Source: a candidate division WOR-3 bacterium (GTDB lineage: Bacteria > Hydrothermota > Tepidihabitantia > Tepidihabitantales > Tepidihabitantaceae). From it: a stretch of DNA of 28,494 bases. A model generated the notes under the pieces. It was not told the origin of the DNA and did not search any database. It worked only from the letters and a program-made list of their open reading frames with translations. Positions 17,973 to 28,494 of this stretch are shown piece by piece; position 1 is the stretch's first letter; each line of letters opens with the position of its first letter. The stretch lies in contig CBFGIY010000002.1 of NCBI GenBank assembly GCA_965648935.1, positions 1-28,494 of the forward strand, written 5' to 3'. The position numbers and the translations under genes are program-made.

Positions 17973-19312
17973 AGTACACACCGCATACTGAGTCCGACCG
18001 CGCCGCGATGCTTGAGCGCATCGGGCTGAAGTCCGTCGAAGAGCTTTTCGCGTCGATTCCTGACGATCTCCGTCTCAAAGACCCGATCGACCTTCCCCCG
18101 GCGCTCTCGGAGATGGAGGTGCTGCGCGAACTGCACTCACTGGCCCGTGCCAATCGCGGTACCGGATCCCTTGTCTGCTTTGCAGGCGCCGGCGCATATG
18201 ACCATTTCATCCCGGCTGTTGTCGACACCGTTATTTCACGTTCCGAGTTCTACACCGCCTACACGCCCTACCAGGCCGAGGTCAGCCAAGGCACTCTCCA
18301 GGCCATCTACGAGTTCCAATCGCTCGTCTGCAGGCTGTACGGAATGGAAGCGGCCAACGCCTCGATGTACGACTGCGCATCTGCCTTGGCCGAAGCGGTG
18401 CAAATGGCGCGCGACATCACGCGGCGCAGCAAGGTCATCCTGCCTGAGACCCTCAACCCGAGTTACGCCGCGGTCGTGCGCACCTACGGCCACGGCCACG
18501 CGGTTCCGTTCGTCACGGCCGCGGCCGCCAGCGGCCTGACCACCGAGCCCGCTTCCATTAGCTCATTCATCGACGGCGACACCGCTGCGGTCGTCATCCA
18601 GCAGCCCAACTTCTTCGGCTGCATTGAGCCTGTGGAGGACATCGTTGCGGCGGCCCACGCGGCCGGTGCGCTCGTCATCGTCGCGGCCGAACCGATATCG
18701 CTTGGCCTGCTGCCTCCGCCCGGTCAGTGGGGCGCTGACATAGCGGTCGGCGAAGGTCAGGGTCTTGGGATCCCGCTGGGCTTCGGCGGACCGTATCTCG
18801 GCCTGATGAGCACGAAGAAGAAGCACGTGCGTAATCTGCCCGGCCGCATCGTCGCTCGCACGACCGACATCGACGGTCAGACCGGTTACGTGCTGGCCCT
18901 TCAGACACGAGAGCAGCACATCCGGCGCGAGCGCGCCTCGTCGAACATCTGCACAAATCAGGCTCTCTGCGCTCTGGCCGCATCGATCTATCTGTCATGG
19001 GCTGGCCCGGTCGGTCTCGCCGAGGTCGCGCGCCAGTGTTATGCCCGGAGCCATTACCTTGCCGACCGTATTCGAACGCTGAGGGGCTTCGAAGTAGCAC
19101 CGTCGCCGTTCTTCAAGGAATTCGTCGTCGCCACGCCCGCGCCTGCGTCTGAGATAGTCGCGGCCGGGCTCGCGCACGGGATTCTGGCCGGGGTCGACCT
19201 CGGGCGGTTCAGTGCTGACTGGCGCCACAGACTACTCATCGCCGTGACTGAGAAGCGCACCAGAGACGAGATGGATCGACTGGTTCGACACCTGGAAGGA
19301 TACGGACAATGA
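17969..19312 (+). CDS. gcvPA: Glycine dehydrogenase (decarboxylating) subunit 1
   Basis: [59 protein letters not shown]. Confidence 0.96.
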   Translation: MKYTPHTESDRAAMLERIGLKSVEELFASIPDDLRLKDPIDLPPALSEMEVLRELHSLARANRGTGSLVCFAGAGAYDHFIPAVVDTVISRSEFYTAYTPYQAEVSQGTLQAIYEFQSLVCRLYGMEAANASMYDCASALAEAVQMARDITRRSKVILPETLNPSYAAVVRTYGHGHAVPFVTAAAASGLTTEPASISSFIDGDTAAVVIQQPNFFGCIEPVEDIVAAAHAAGALVIVAAEPISLGLLPPPGQWGADIAVGEGQGLGIPLGFGGPYLGLMSTKKKHVRNLPGRIVARTTDIDGQTGYVLALQTREQHIRRERASSNICTNQALCALAASIYLSWAGPVGLAEVARQCYARSHYLADRIRTLRGFEVAPSPFFKEFVVATPAPASEIVAAGLAHGILAGVDLGRFSADWRHRLLIAVTEKRTRDEMDRLVRHLEGYGQ

Positions 19313-19509
19313 AACGCGAGTGCCCGACCGCGGCTAACCGCACAAGATGCACCTGCACCTATGAACCGTGTTCCCGCAAGGGCGTCTGCTGCGAATGCAT
19401 CGCCTATCACCGCTCGCTCGGTGAAGCCCCTGGCTGTCTCTTTCCGACCAAGGACGAGCGCTCCTTCGACCGCTCTCTGCGCAGACTGGCCGTTGCGGTG
19501 AGAAGATGA
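19309..19509 (+). CDS. Small cysteine-rich protein (resembles the DUF6485 family)
   Basis: 66 aa with 8 Cys and a His ([21 protein letters not shown]...PGCLFP...ERSFDRS). ATGA overlaps with both gcvPA and gcvPB. Family assignment is from memory. Confidence 0.8.
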   Translation: MKRECPTAANRTRCTCTYEPCSRKGVCCECIAYHRSLGEAPGCLFPTKDERSFDRSLRRLAVAVRR

Positions 19510-20948
19510 AAGCCGAACCGACCCTCTTCGACCTGTCTGCTCCAGGCCGTTCGGCCTGGTCTCTCCCCACGCTCGATGTGCCAGCCGCTGCACCGACGTT
19601 CGCCTGCCGCGACGGGCTGCCTCTGCCCGAGCTGAGCGAAATCGACATCGTGCGCCATTACACGCGGATGTCCATCCGCAACCACCATGTGGACAAAGGA
19701 TTCTATCCGCTGGGGTCGTGCACGATGAAGTACAACCCCAAGGTCAACGAGGTCGCCGCGCGACTCGCCGGACTCATCGACCTGCATCCGCTCCAGCCCG
19801 ATGAGTCCGTGCAGGGTGCTCTCAGGCTGATGTACGAGCTTGGCGAGTGCCTCAAGGCAGTCACCGGCTTCTGCGACATCACACTCACACCGGCCGCCGG
19901 GGCGCACGGCGAGTTGACCGGGATAATGCTCGTCCGCCGGTACTTCGAGGAGCGCGGTGAAGCAGGCCGCGACACTGTCCTGGTTCCTGATTCGGCTCAC
20001 GGAACAAACCCGGCATCGGTCACGCTTTCGGGTTTCCGCGCGGTTCAAATCAAGTCCGGACCAGATGGCCGGCTTGACCCCGCGGAATTGGAGCGTGCCT
20101 GCAGCTCCTGCGTCGCCTGCCTGATGGTCACGAATCCGAACACCCTCGGCATCTTCGAGTCCGACGCTCGCCGCATCTGCGAGATCATGCACGCGCAGGG
20201 TGCACTCGTCTACCTCGATGGCGCCAACCTCAACTCGTACCTCGGCATCCACCGACCCGCCGATGCCGGATTCGACGTGATGCACATCAACCTGCACAAG
20301 ACCTTCTCCACCCCCCACGGCGGGGGCGGCCCAGGCTCAGGCCCGGTCGCCGTGACCGAAACGCTCGCCCCCTATCTGCCAGTGCCGGCGGTAACGCTAC
20401 GCGACGGTCGCTACACGCTGGACTACAACCGGCCCAAGAGCATCGGCCGGGTTGTGGGATTTCACGGCCAATTCGGAGTCATGGTGCGCGCCTGGACCTA
20501 CATCCGCATGCTCGGCGCTGCAGGATTGAAGGACGCCGCTGAGAACGCGGTACTGAATGCGAATTACTTACGGGCTGGCCTGGAAGGCATCTACGACCTG
20601 CCCTACAAGGCGCGCACTCTCCACGAGATCGTGTTCTCAGGCACGAACCTGCGCGCGCAGGGTATCAAGACTCTGGACGTGGCCAAGCGCCTGCTCGATT
20701 TCGGACTGCACGCGCCCACCGTTTACTTCCCGCTGATTGTACCCGAGGCCTTGATGATCGAGCCGACCGAGACCGAGTCTCGCCAGTCGCTCGACGAGTT
20801 CATTGCCGCGATGGAAACCATCGCGCATGAGGCGGTAGCCGATCCAGACCGCCTGCGCGCCGCACCGCTGACAACACCGGTTCGACGCCTTGATGAAGCA
20901 CGCGCCTCGCGCGAGCTCGACATCTGTGACCTGCCCGAGAGAACGTAG
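19506..20948 (+). CDS. gcvPB: Glycine dehydrogenase (decarboxylating) subunit 2
   Basis: [31 protein letters not shown]-Lys [27 protein letters not shown]. Confidence 0.96.
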   Translation: MKAEPTLFDLSAPGRSAWSLPTLDVPAAAPTFACRDGLPLPELSEIDIVRHYTRMSIRNHHVDKGFYPLGSCTMKYNPKVNEVAARLAGLIDLHPLQPDESVQGALRLMYELGECLKAVTGFCDITLTPAAGAHGELTGIMLVRRYFEERGEAGRDTVLVPDSAHGTNPASVTLSGFRAVQIKSGPDGRLDPAELERACSSCVACLMVTNPNTLGIFESDARRICEIMHAQGALVYLDGANLNSYLGIHRPADAGFDVMHINLHKTFSTPHGGGGPGSGPVAVTETLAPYLPVPAVTLRDGRYTLDYNRPKSIGRVVGFHGQFGVMVRAWTYIRMLGAAGLKDAAENAVLNANYLRAGLEGIYDLPYKARTLHEIVFSGTNLRAQGIKTLDVAKRLLDFGLHAPTVYFPLIVPEALMIEPTETESRQSLDEFIAAMETIAHEAVADPDRLRAAPLTTPVRRLDEARASRELDICDLPERT

Positions 20949-21265
20949 TGTTTGCATCGGACATTCCGCTCGATCGCAGGGAGGAGATGCTTGAACGCAT
21001 CGCCCGCAAGGTTGTCGAGCTACGCCTCGCCCCGATAGCCATCATCTTGCTGGAATCATCGAAGCCGCTATCCTTCGTCGGCAGCCAGCTGATGGTCTTC
21101 TTTCAGCCAATCGTCACGGCGGTGTTTCCCCTGCGGTCCTACGACGACATCGCAGTGCTGTTTGAGGACCGTCAGAACGTCGAAGCGCTCATCCGGCGGA
21201 TTGAGACACTGGAGGACATGAAGAGTGATAGAAAAGTCAAGGATCACCCGAATACTCGCCACTGA
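20948..21265 (+). CDS. Small hypothetical protein
   Basis: Coupled to gcvPB by a TAGTG overlap. Protein-like sequence (ERIARKVV...PIAIILLESSKPLSFVGSQ...FEDRQNVEALIRRIE). Confidence 0.75.
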   Translation: MFASDIPLDRREEMLERIARKVVELRLAPIAIILLESSKPLSFVGSQLMVFFQPIVTAVFPLRSYDDIAVLFEDRQNVEALIRRIETLEDMKSDRKVKDHPNTRH

Positions 21266-23027
21266 CTGCGGCTCGACAACTACCAAGGCGATACTCATAG
21301 AGAAGCGCGGCGAGGAGTTTCGGCTCGCCACCCGCGGAGAAGCCCCGACAACTGTCGAGGCCCCGTTTGAGGACGTCACTCGTGGCGTGCTGAACTCGGT
21401 GATGGAAGTCGAGGAGCTCTCCGGCATCAAGCTGCTCGATGGCGAAACCATTCTGAAGCCAAAGACGGGCGGAGATGTCGGCACGGACACCTACATATCG
21501 ACATCTTCGGCAGGGGGCGGTCTGCAGATGATGGTCGCGGGCGTAGTTCTGACGATGACGGGCGAGAGCGCCGCGCGTGCCGCGCTCGGCGCTGGCGCGA
21601 TCGTGATGGACGTCATCGCTTCAAACGACGGCAGGCTGCCGCACGAGAAGATTGAGCGCATCCGCACGCTTCGACCCGACATGATCCTGCTCTCGGGCGG
21701 CATCGACGGTGGCACCGTCTCGCACGTTGTTGAACTCGCGGAGCTGATTGCCGCGGCTGACCCGAAACCCCGTTTCGGTGTCGGCTACAACTTGCCTGTC
21801 ATCTACGCCGGCAATGTCGATGCGCGCAAGCTGGTTCTTGAAACTCTCAAGGAGAAATCGGCGCTCGAGGTGGTGGAGAACATCCGACCAGTGCTCGAGC
21901 GTGAGAACCTGGGCCCGGCCCGGCACAAGATCCACGACCTGTTCATGGAGCACGTCATGGCCCACGCCCCTGGCTACCGCAAGCTGATGGAGTGGACTGA
22001 CGTGCCGATAATGCCCACGCCCGGTGCGGTGGGCCTGCTGATTGAGAATCTTGGCCGGTCAAAAGGTATCGCCGTTCTGGGTGTTGACATCGGCGGTGCG
22101 ACGACTGATGTCTTCAGCGTATTCCAGGGAGTGTTCAATAGAACGGTTTCGGCCAACCTCGGAATGTCCTACTCCGTATCCAACGTTCTGGCCGAAGCCG
22201 GCGAGCGCAACATCGTGCGCTGGTTGCCGGTTGAGCTTTCTGCTGCCGAGGTGCGCAACCGGATCCGCAACAAGATGATCCGACCAACCACGATTCCATC
22301 GACTCTGGAGGAACTCAAACTCGAGCAGGCCATCGCACGCGAGGCTCTGCGTCTTGCTCTCGAGCACCATCGCTCGATGGCAGTGGGACTCAAAGGCGTC
22401 CAGCAGGAACGCACCATATCGGACGCATTCGCTCAGTCACGCACCGGTGAGACGCTGGTCAGTATGATGGAGCTCAACCTTGTTGTCGGCTCGGGCGGAG
22501 CGCTCTCACACGCCCCAAGGCGTGCCCAAGCGGCCCTGATGCTGCTCGATGCATTCCAACCCGAGGGCATCACCCGTCTGACGGTCGACTCCATATTCAT
22601 GATGCCTCACTTGGGCGTGCTGACCGAGGTACACCCTGAGGCCGCCTACGAGGTGTTTGAAAAGGACTGTCTGGTTCACCTTGGCACTGCTATCGCACCG
22701 ACCGGTATTGGCAAGGATGGCTCAAGGTGCGTCAAGGTGAAGATCAGCCGCAAGGATGGCTCGTCGGCGGAGACGTCAGTACCTTTCGGAGACATTCAGG
22801 TCCTGCCTCTGCCGGTCGGCGAATCTGCCATCGCCACGATCGATCCGGAGCGCGGTTTCGATGTCGGCGCCGGTCCGGGCAAGCCCCTCGAAGCACCGGT
22901 AGAAGGTGGGCTGTCAGGGGTCATCATCGACTGCCGAGGCCGGCCGCTGGCGTTGCCTGAAGACGACAAAAGACGGATGGAGCTCCTGCGCAAGTGGGCG
23001 GTCCAGATGGACGCTTACCCCGCTTGA
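21225..23027 (+). CDS. GlmL/MutL-like (glutamate/methylaspartate mutase accessory family) ASKHA-fold ATPase
   Basis: Phosphate-1 TDCGSTTTK, STSSAGGGL, AALGAGA, ILLSGGIDGG, IMPTPGAV, phosphate-2 VDIGGATTDVFS, RTVSANLGMS, GSGGALSHAP; SD GGAGGA. Confidence 0.85.
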   Translation: MIEKSRITRILATDCGSTTTKAILIEKRGEEFRLATRGEAPTTVEAPFEDVTRGVLNSVMEVEELSGIKLLDGETILKPKTGGDVGTDTYISTSSAGGGLQMMVAGVVLTMTGESAARAALGAGAIVMDVIASNDGRLPHEKIERIRTLRPDMILLSGGIDGGTVSHVVELAELIAAADPKPRFGVGYNLPVIYAGNVDARKLVLETLKEKSALEVVENIRPVLERENLGPARHKIHDLFMEHVMAHAPGYRKLMEWTDVPIMPTPGAVGLLIENLGRSKGIAVLGVDIGGATTDVFSVFQGVFNRTVSANLGMSYSVSNVLAEAGERNIVRWLPVELSAAEVRNRIRNKMIRPTTIPSTLEELKLEQAIAREALRLALEHHRSMAVGLKGVQQERTISDAFAQSRTGETLVSMMELNLVVGSGGALSHAPRRAQAALMLLDAFQPEGITRLTVDSIFMMPHLGVLTEVHPEAAYEVFEKDCLVHLGTAIAPTGIGKDGSRCVKVKISRKDGSSAETSVPFGDIQVLPLPVGESAIATIDPERGFDVGAGPGKPLEAPVEGGLSGVIIDCRGRPLALPEDDKRRMELLRKWAVQMDAYPA

Positions 23028-23173
23028 CGCACGTTCAGTCCGGCAGGACTGCCCCGGAATCGATCAGAAGAACTCGGACGGCAGGGCTCCGGACTCTCTG
23101 TTCGACTAGCTTACACTGATGTCACGCACCGAAGTAGTGCAAGACTGAGCGCGTCCTGCCTCCGCGGCTTGAG

Positions 23174-24064
23174 TCATGCCGCGCCTACTCCACCAGCGCA
23201 GCCGCCATCGCGTTCAGCCCGTTCCTGGGCGCCCAAGTAGTCTGCCAGAGCTTCCCGCCACGGCCGCAAGCTTCGCCCGAAACGACGCCTGAACTCGCGG
23301 TTCTCAAGCACGGAGTAGGCAGGTCGGGCGGCAGGTCGGGTGGCCTGTGCGCTGGATTGAGGCAGCACACTGCACTTCGCCCTCGTCATCCTCACAACCT
23401 CAAGTGCAAGTTCGTGCCAGCTGCACTGACCCGAGTTCGTCACATGATAGATGCCGTACTTGTCGCAGCACGCGATTTCGACCAGCGCCGGGGCCAAGTC
23501 TGTGGCCAATGTTGGAGAGCCGAACTGGTCATTGACGACACGTAGCTCTTCTGTGTCCCGTGAAGCACTTCGAATCGTGTCGACGAAGTTGGCGCCGGCC
23601 CGGCCATAGAGCCAGCTTGTGCGGACAATGAAATGCTCCTTGAGTGCTCTCGCGACAGCCTGCTCACCCAGCAGCTTCGTGCGTCCGTACGCATTGAGCG
23701 GATTGGGTTTGTCTGACTCGCGATATGGTCTTGCCCTCCTACCATCAAAGACGTAGTCAGTGCTGACGTAGAGCATCCGGCAACCGACTTCTGCTGCCCC
23801 CAGAGCCATTGCCCAAGTCCCTTGAAAGTTGACCGCGGTCGCTCGGGCAGGGTTCTTTTCGCAGGCATCCACATCAGTCCACGCCGCCAGATGGAACAGA
23901 ATGTCCGGCCCGACCTGATGCACTCCGTTGATAGTCTCTTCTACCCGAGTTACATCGTGTTCCGGCAGATCCCACTCCACAACGCTATGCCTCGCGGCAG
24001 TCAGACATCCGACAAGCTCGGTACCGAGCAGACCTCGAGCGCCGGTGACCAGGATGCGTGCCAC
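23174..24064 (-). CDS. rfbD: dTDP-4-dehydrorhamnose reductase
   Basis: TGARGLLG Rossmann motif, AAWTDVDACE, STDYVFDG, YGRTK (YxxxK), NDQFGSPT, ARPAYSVL. Confidence 0.93.
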   Translation of the reverse strand: MARILVTGARGLLGTELVGCLTAARHSVVEWDLPEHDVTRVEETINGVHQVGPDILFHLAAWTDVDACEKNPARATAVNFQGTWAMALGAAEVGCRMLYVSTDYVFDGRRARPYRESDKPNPLNAYGRTKLLGEQAVARALKEHFIVRTSWLYGRAGANFVDTIRSASRDTEELRVVNDQFGSPTLATDLAPALVEIACCDKYGIYHVTNSGQCSWHELALEVVRMTRAKCSVLPQSSAQATRPAARPAYSVLENREFRRRFGRSLRPWREALADYLGAQERAERDGGCAGGVGAA

Positions 24065-24088
24065 CCTACGCAGCGGCCGGACTAACCC

Positions 24089-24642
24089 TCACAGTTCAGA
24101 CGTACGAGAGCCAAAGAGAACATCAGAGATTCTGCCAGCTTCCGCATCCTTGACCTCGGCCGCCAGAGAGTCAAGAGTGAGATTGAGATCACGCTGTCCG
24201 AGCCGGATCACAACGCCGGCGTATACCTGACCGATCTCAGGCCTGTGCCCTGACGTACGGAGGTCGGCGGCATCCTCAGCGGAGACAACTGCAACCGCGC
24301 CACTCCCTCCGTACGTATTGACAAGGTCAGCAAGACGCTTGCGGTAGTGCGTTCCGCCACGGATCCGTCGAATCGCCTCCTCAATAACCCTGTCAATCAC
24401 ACGCCAGCGCGCGGCAAGCCGCGCATTGCGGACCTTCAGCCTGGCCGCACTCTGCGCTCGCTCGACCAGCTGCTGCGCCTCTAGGCGAGCACTCTGAGCA
24501 GCAGTCTGTTCCAGCTCTCTCACCTGTTCAGCTGTCCGCTGTCTAATGGCTGCGACGGCGTTCTCTCGCTCAAATCCGATGGCTGCGATACGTTCCTTGC
24601 CATCGCGCTCGATACGAGCGATGAGTTCTTCTCTGCCAGACA

Positions 24643-24643
<1 letters not shown>
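24089..24643 (-). CDS. V/A-type ATP synthase subunit E
   Basis: Long charged coiled-coil N-terminus, GVVIR...LNLTLDSL C-terminus; directly follows subunit K. Confidence 0.75.
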
Positions 24644-27399
<2,756 letters not shown>

Positions 27400-27409
<10 letters not shown>

Positions 27410-27726
27410 CGCGCTTCAGTTGCCTCCATGACCAGCCGGACCGCACGCTCGAAAGACCCGTCACTGACAGCCTCAATCTTGGTCGCCTCTGCCAGCGTGA
27501 CTGCATCCGCCTGTGCAAGCAGCCTTGCGGCCTCGGCACGCGCGGCGGCCAGCACATCTGCACGTTCATGGCGCAAGCGCTCGCGAACCGACGCCAGATC
27601 AGCAGCAGCTTGAGCGGTCGCCTCCGCGAGGGCAACTTTCCTGTCCTCCTCCGCAGCCTTCATAGCGGCAGCGACTCGTGCTTCGGCGCTCTTGACCTCA
27701 CTCACGATATCAGGTTCGATTGTCAT
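27400..27726 (-). CDS. V/A-type ATP synthase subunit G/H-like peripheral stalk protein (108 aa)
   Basis: Ala/Glu/Arg coiled coil (IVSEVKSAEAR...FERAVRLVME), first in the operon and overlapping subunit I. Start is ATG 27726, just downstream of the promoter. Confidence 0.7.
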
Positions 27727-27737
27727 GGTAGCGTATG

Positions 27738-27765
27738 ATGCTAGCCACTGCGGCCGCCAAGTCAA
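27738..27765 (-). promoter_or_regulatory. sigma70-like promoter of the V-ATPase G-I-K-E operon
   Basis: TTGACT-N16-TAGCAT-N11-ATG, no SD. Confidence 0.65.
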
Positions 27766-27964
27766 GCTAGCCAGACAATCTCGAATCAGGACACGGACAA
27801 AGCTGACTACGCAGACAGCTAGCTGCGCTGCCGACCGGGCTGTTCGTGCCCTGAACCGACGGCACTCACCGTTGCGTCCGGACGAGACCGTCCACCTCGG
27901 CACCTGTGCCGCTCATCAATCCACACGGGAGCATTGACACTACCTTAGCACATGGTTCCCGCTG

Positions 27965-27992
27965 TTGACAAGCCCCAAGCCGAGGGTAACAT
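27965..27992 (+). promoter_or_regulatory. sigma70-like promoter of the RRM gene
   Basis: TTGACA-N16-TAACAT, about 165 nt upstream of the ATG. Confidence 0.65.
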
Positions 27993-28156
27993 AGCCCATT
28001 GGGTGCTCATAGGAACCCGGCACTCGATGTGACAAGAGATGGGTTCCCATGTCCGCTTGTGGTCGGTGAGGGTCTATGTGTCCGGTCAGGTTCTGCCCGC
28101 ACCCGTAGTCCGAAACGATTCTCAAGCGCAGTACTTACTCTCTGGAGGCATCGTAG

Positions 28157-28468
28157 ATGGGTAAGCGCGTGTTCGTGGGGAATCTCCCCTTCAGCGCAAC
28201 TGAGGATGAGTTGCGCCAGCTCTTCAGCCAGCACGGAGAAGTTGTGACGGCCGAGATCGTCAAGGACCGCTACACCGAGCGGTCGCGCGGCTTCGGATTC
28301 GTCGAGATGGCAACGGACGAAGGTGCGGCGGCCGCTGTTGCGGCACTGAACCAGTACCAGATGGCCGGTCGCCCGCTCACGGTGAACGAGGCACGCGCCC
28401 GTGCCGAGGGTGACCGCGGCGGCCGCAGAGGTGGCCGCGGCGACAGCCAACCCGGGAACCGCTGGTAG
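28157..28468 (+). CDS. RNA-binding protein, single RRM domain with Gly/Arg-rich tail
   Basis: RNP2 VFVGNL, RNP1 RGFGFVEM, RPLTVNEAR, RGG tail; SD GGAGG. Confidence 0.95.
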   Translation: MGKRVFVGNLPFSATEDELRQLFSQHGEVVTAEIVKDRYTERSRGFGFVEMATDEGAAAAVAALNQYQMAGRPLTVNEARARAEGDRGGRRGGRGDSQPGNRW

Positions 28469-28494
28469 GTTCTGTTCTATAGGAGCGCGGGGCG

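Noticed and set aside
27934..27961. Second TTGACA upstream of the RRM promoter
   Set aside because: No TAnnnT at 16-18 bp spacing.

Overview
GC-rich bacterial chromosomal segment, mostly housekeeping and metabolic genes. A FlgD/T9SS-like C-terminal domain, an archaeal-type AspRS, an archaeal-type PGI/PMI and a V/A-type ATPase suggest an anaerobe of the FCB-related or candidate WOR-3 type; this is inference only. In order: a secreted papain-fold (C39/C10-like) protease; short archaeal-type aspS; a secreted 954-aa protein with about 12 Gly/Asp-rich solenoid repeats plus HEAT repeats; an orphan response regulator; a long minus-strand run of mannose-family PTS IIB-IIC-IID, HPr, EI, PGI/PMI, tgt and a Liv-type binding lipoprotein, with no IIA; tRNA-Gln(CTG); about 0.8 kb of unexplained DNA; a secreted-protein gene split by a frameshift in a G9/C9 tract; a glycine cleavage operon gcvT-H-PA-[8-Cys microprotein]-PB extended by a small conserved ORF and a GlmL/MutL-like ASKHA ATPase with no mutase partner in the window; rfbD; a partial Na+-type V-ATPase operon (G/H, I, K, E); and an RRM RNA-binding protein with a long leader. 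Main highlights: (1) the extended gcv operon, (2) ten sigma70-like promoters that all have a 16-bp spacer, at least four apparently driving leaderless mRNAs, (3) the homopolymer frameshift. I found no CRISPR array, transposase or integrase.
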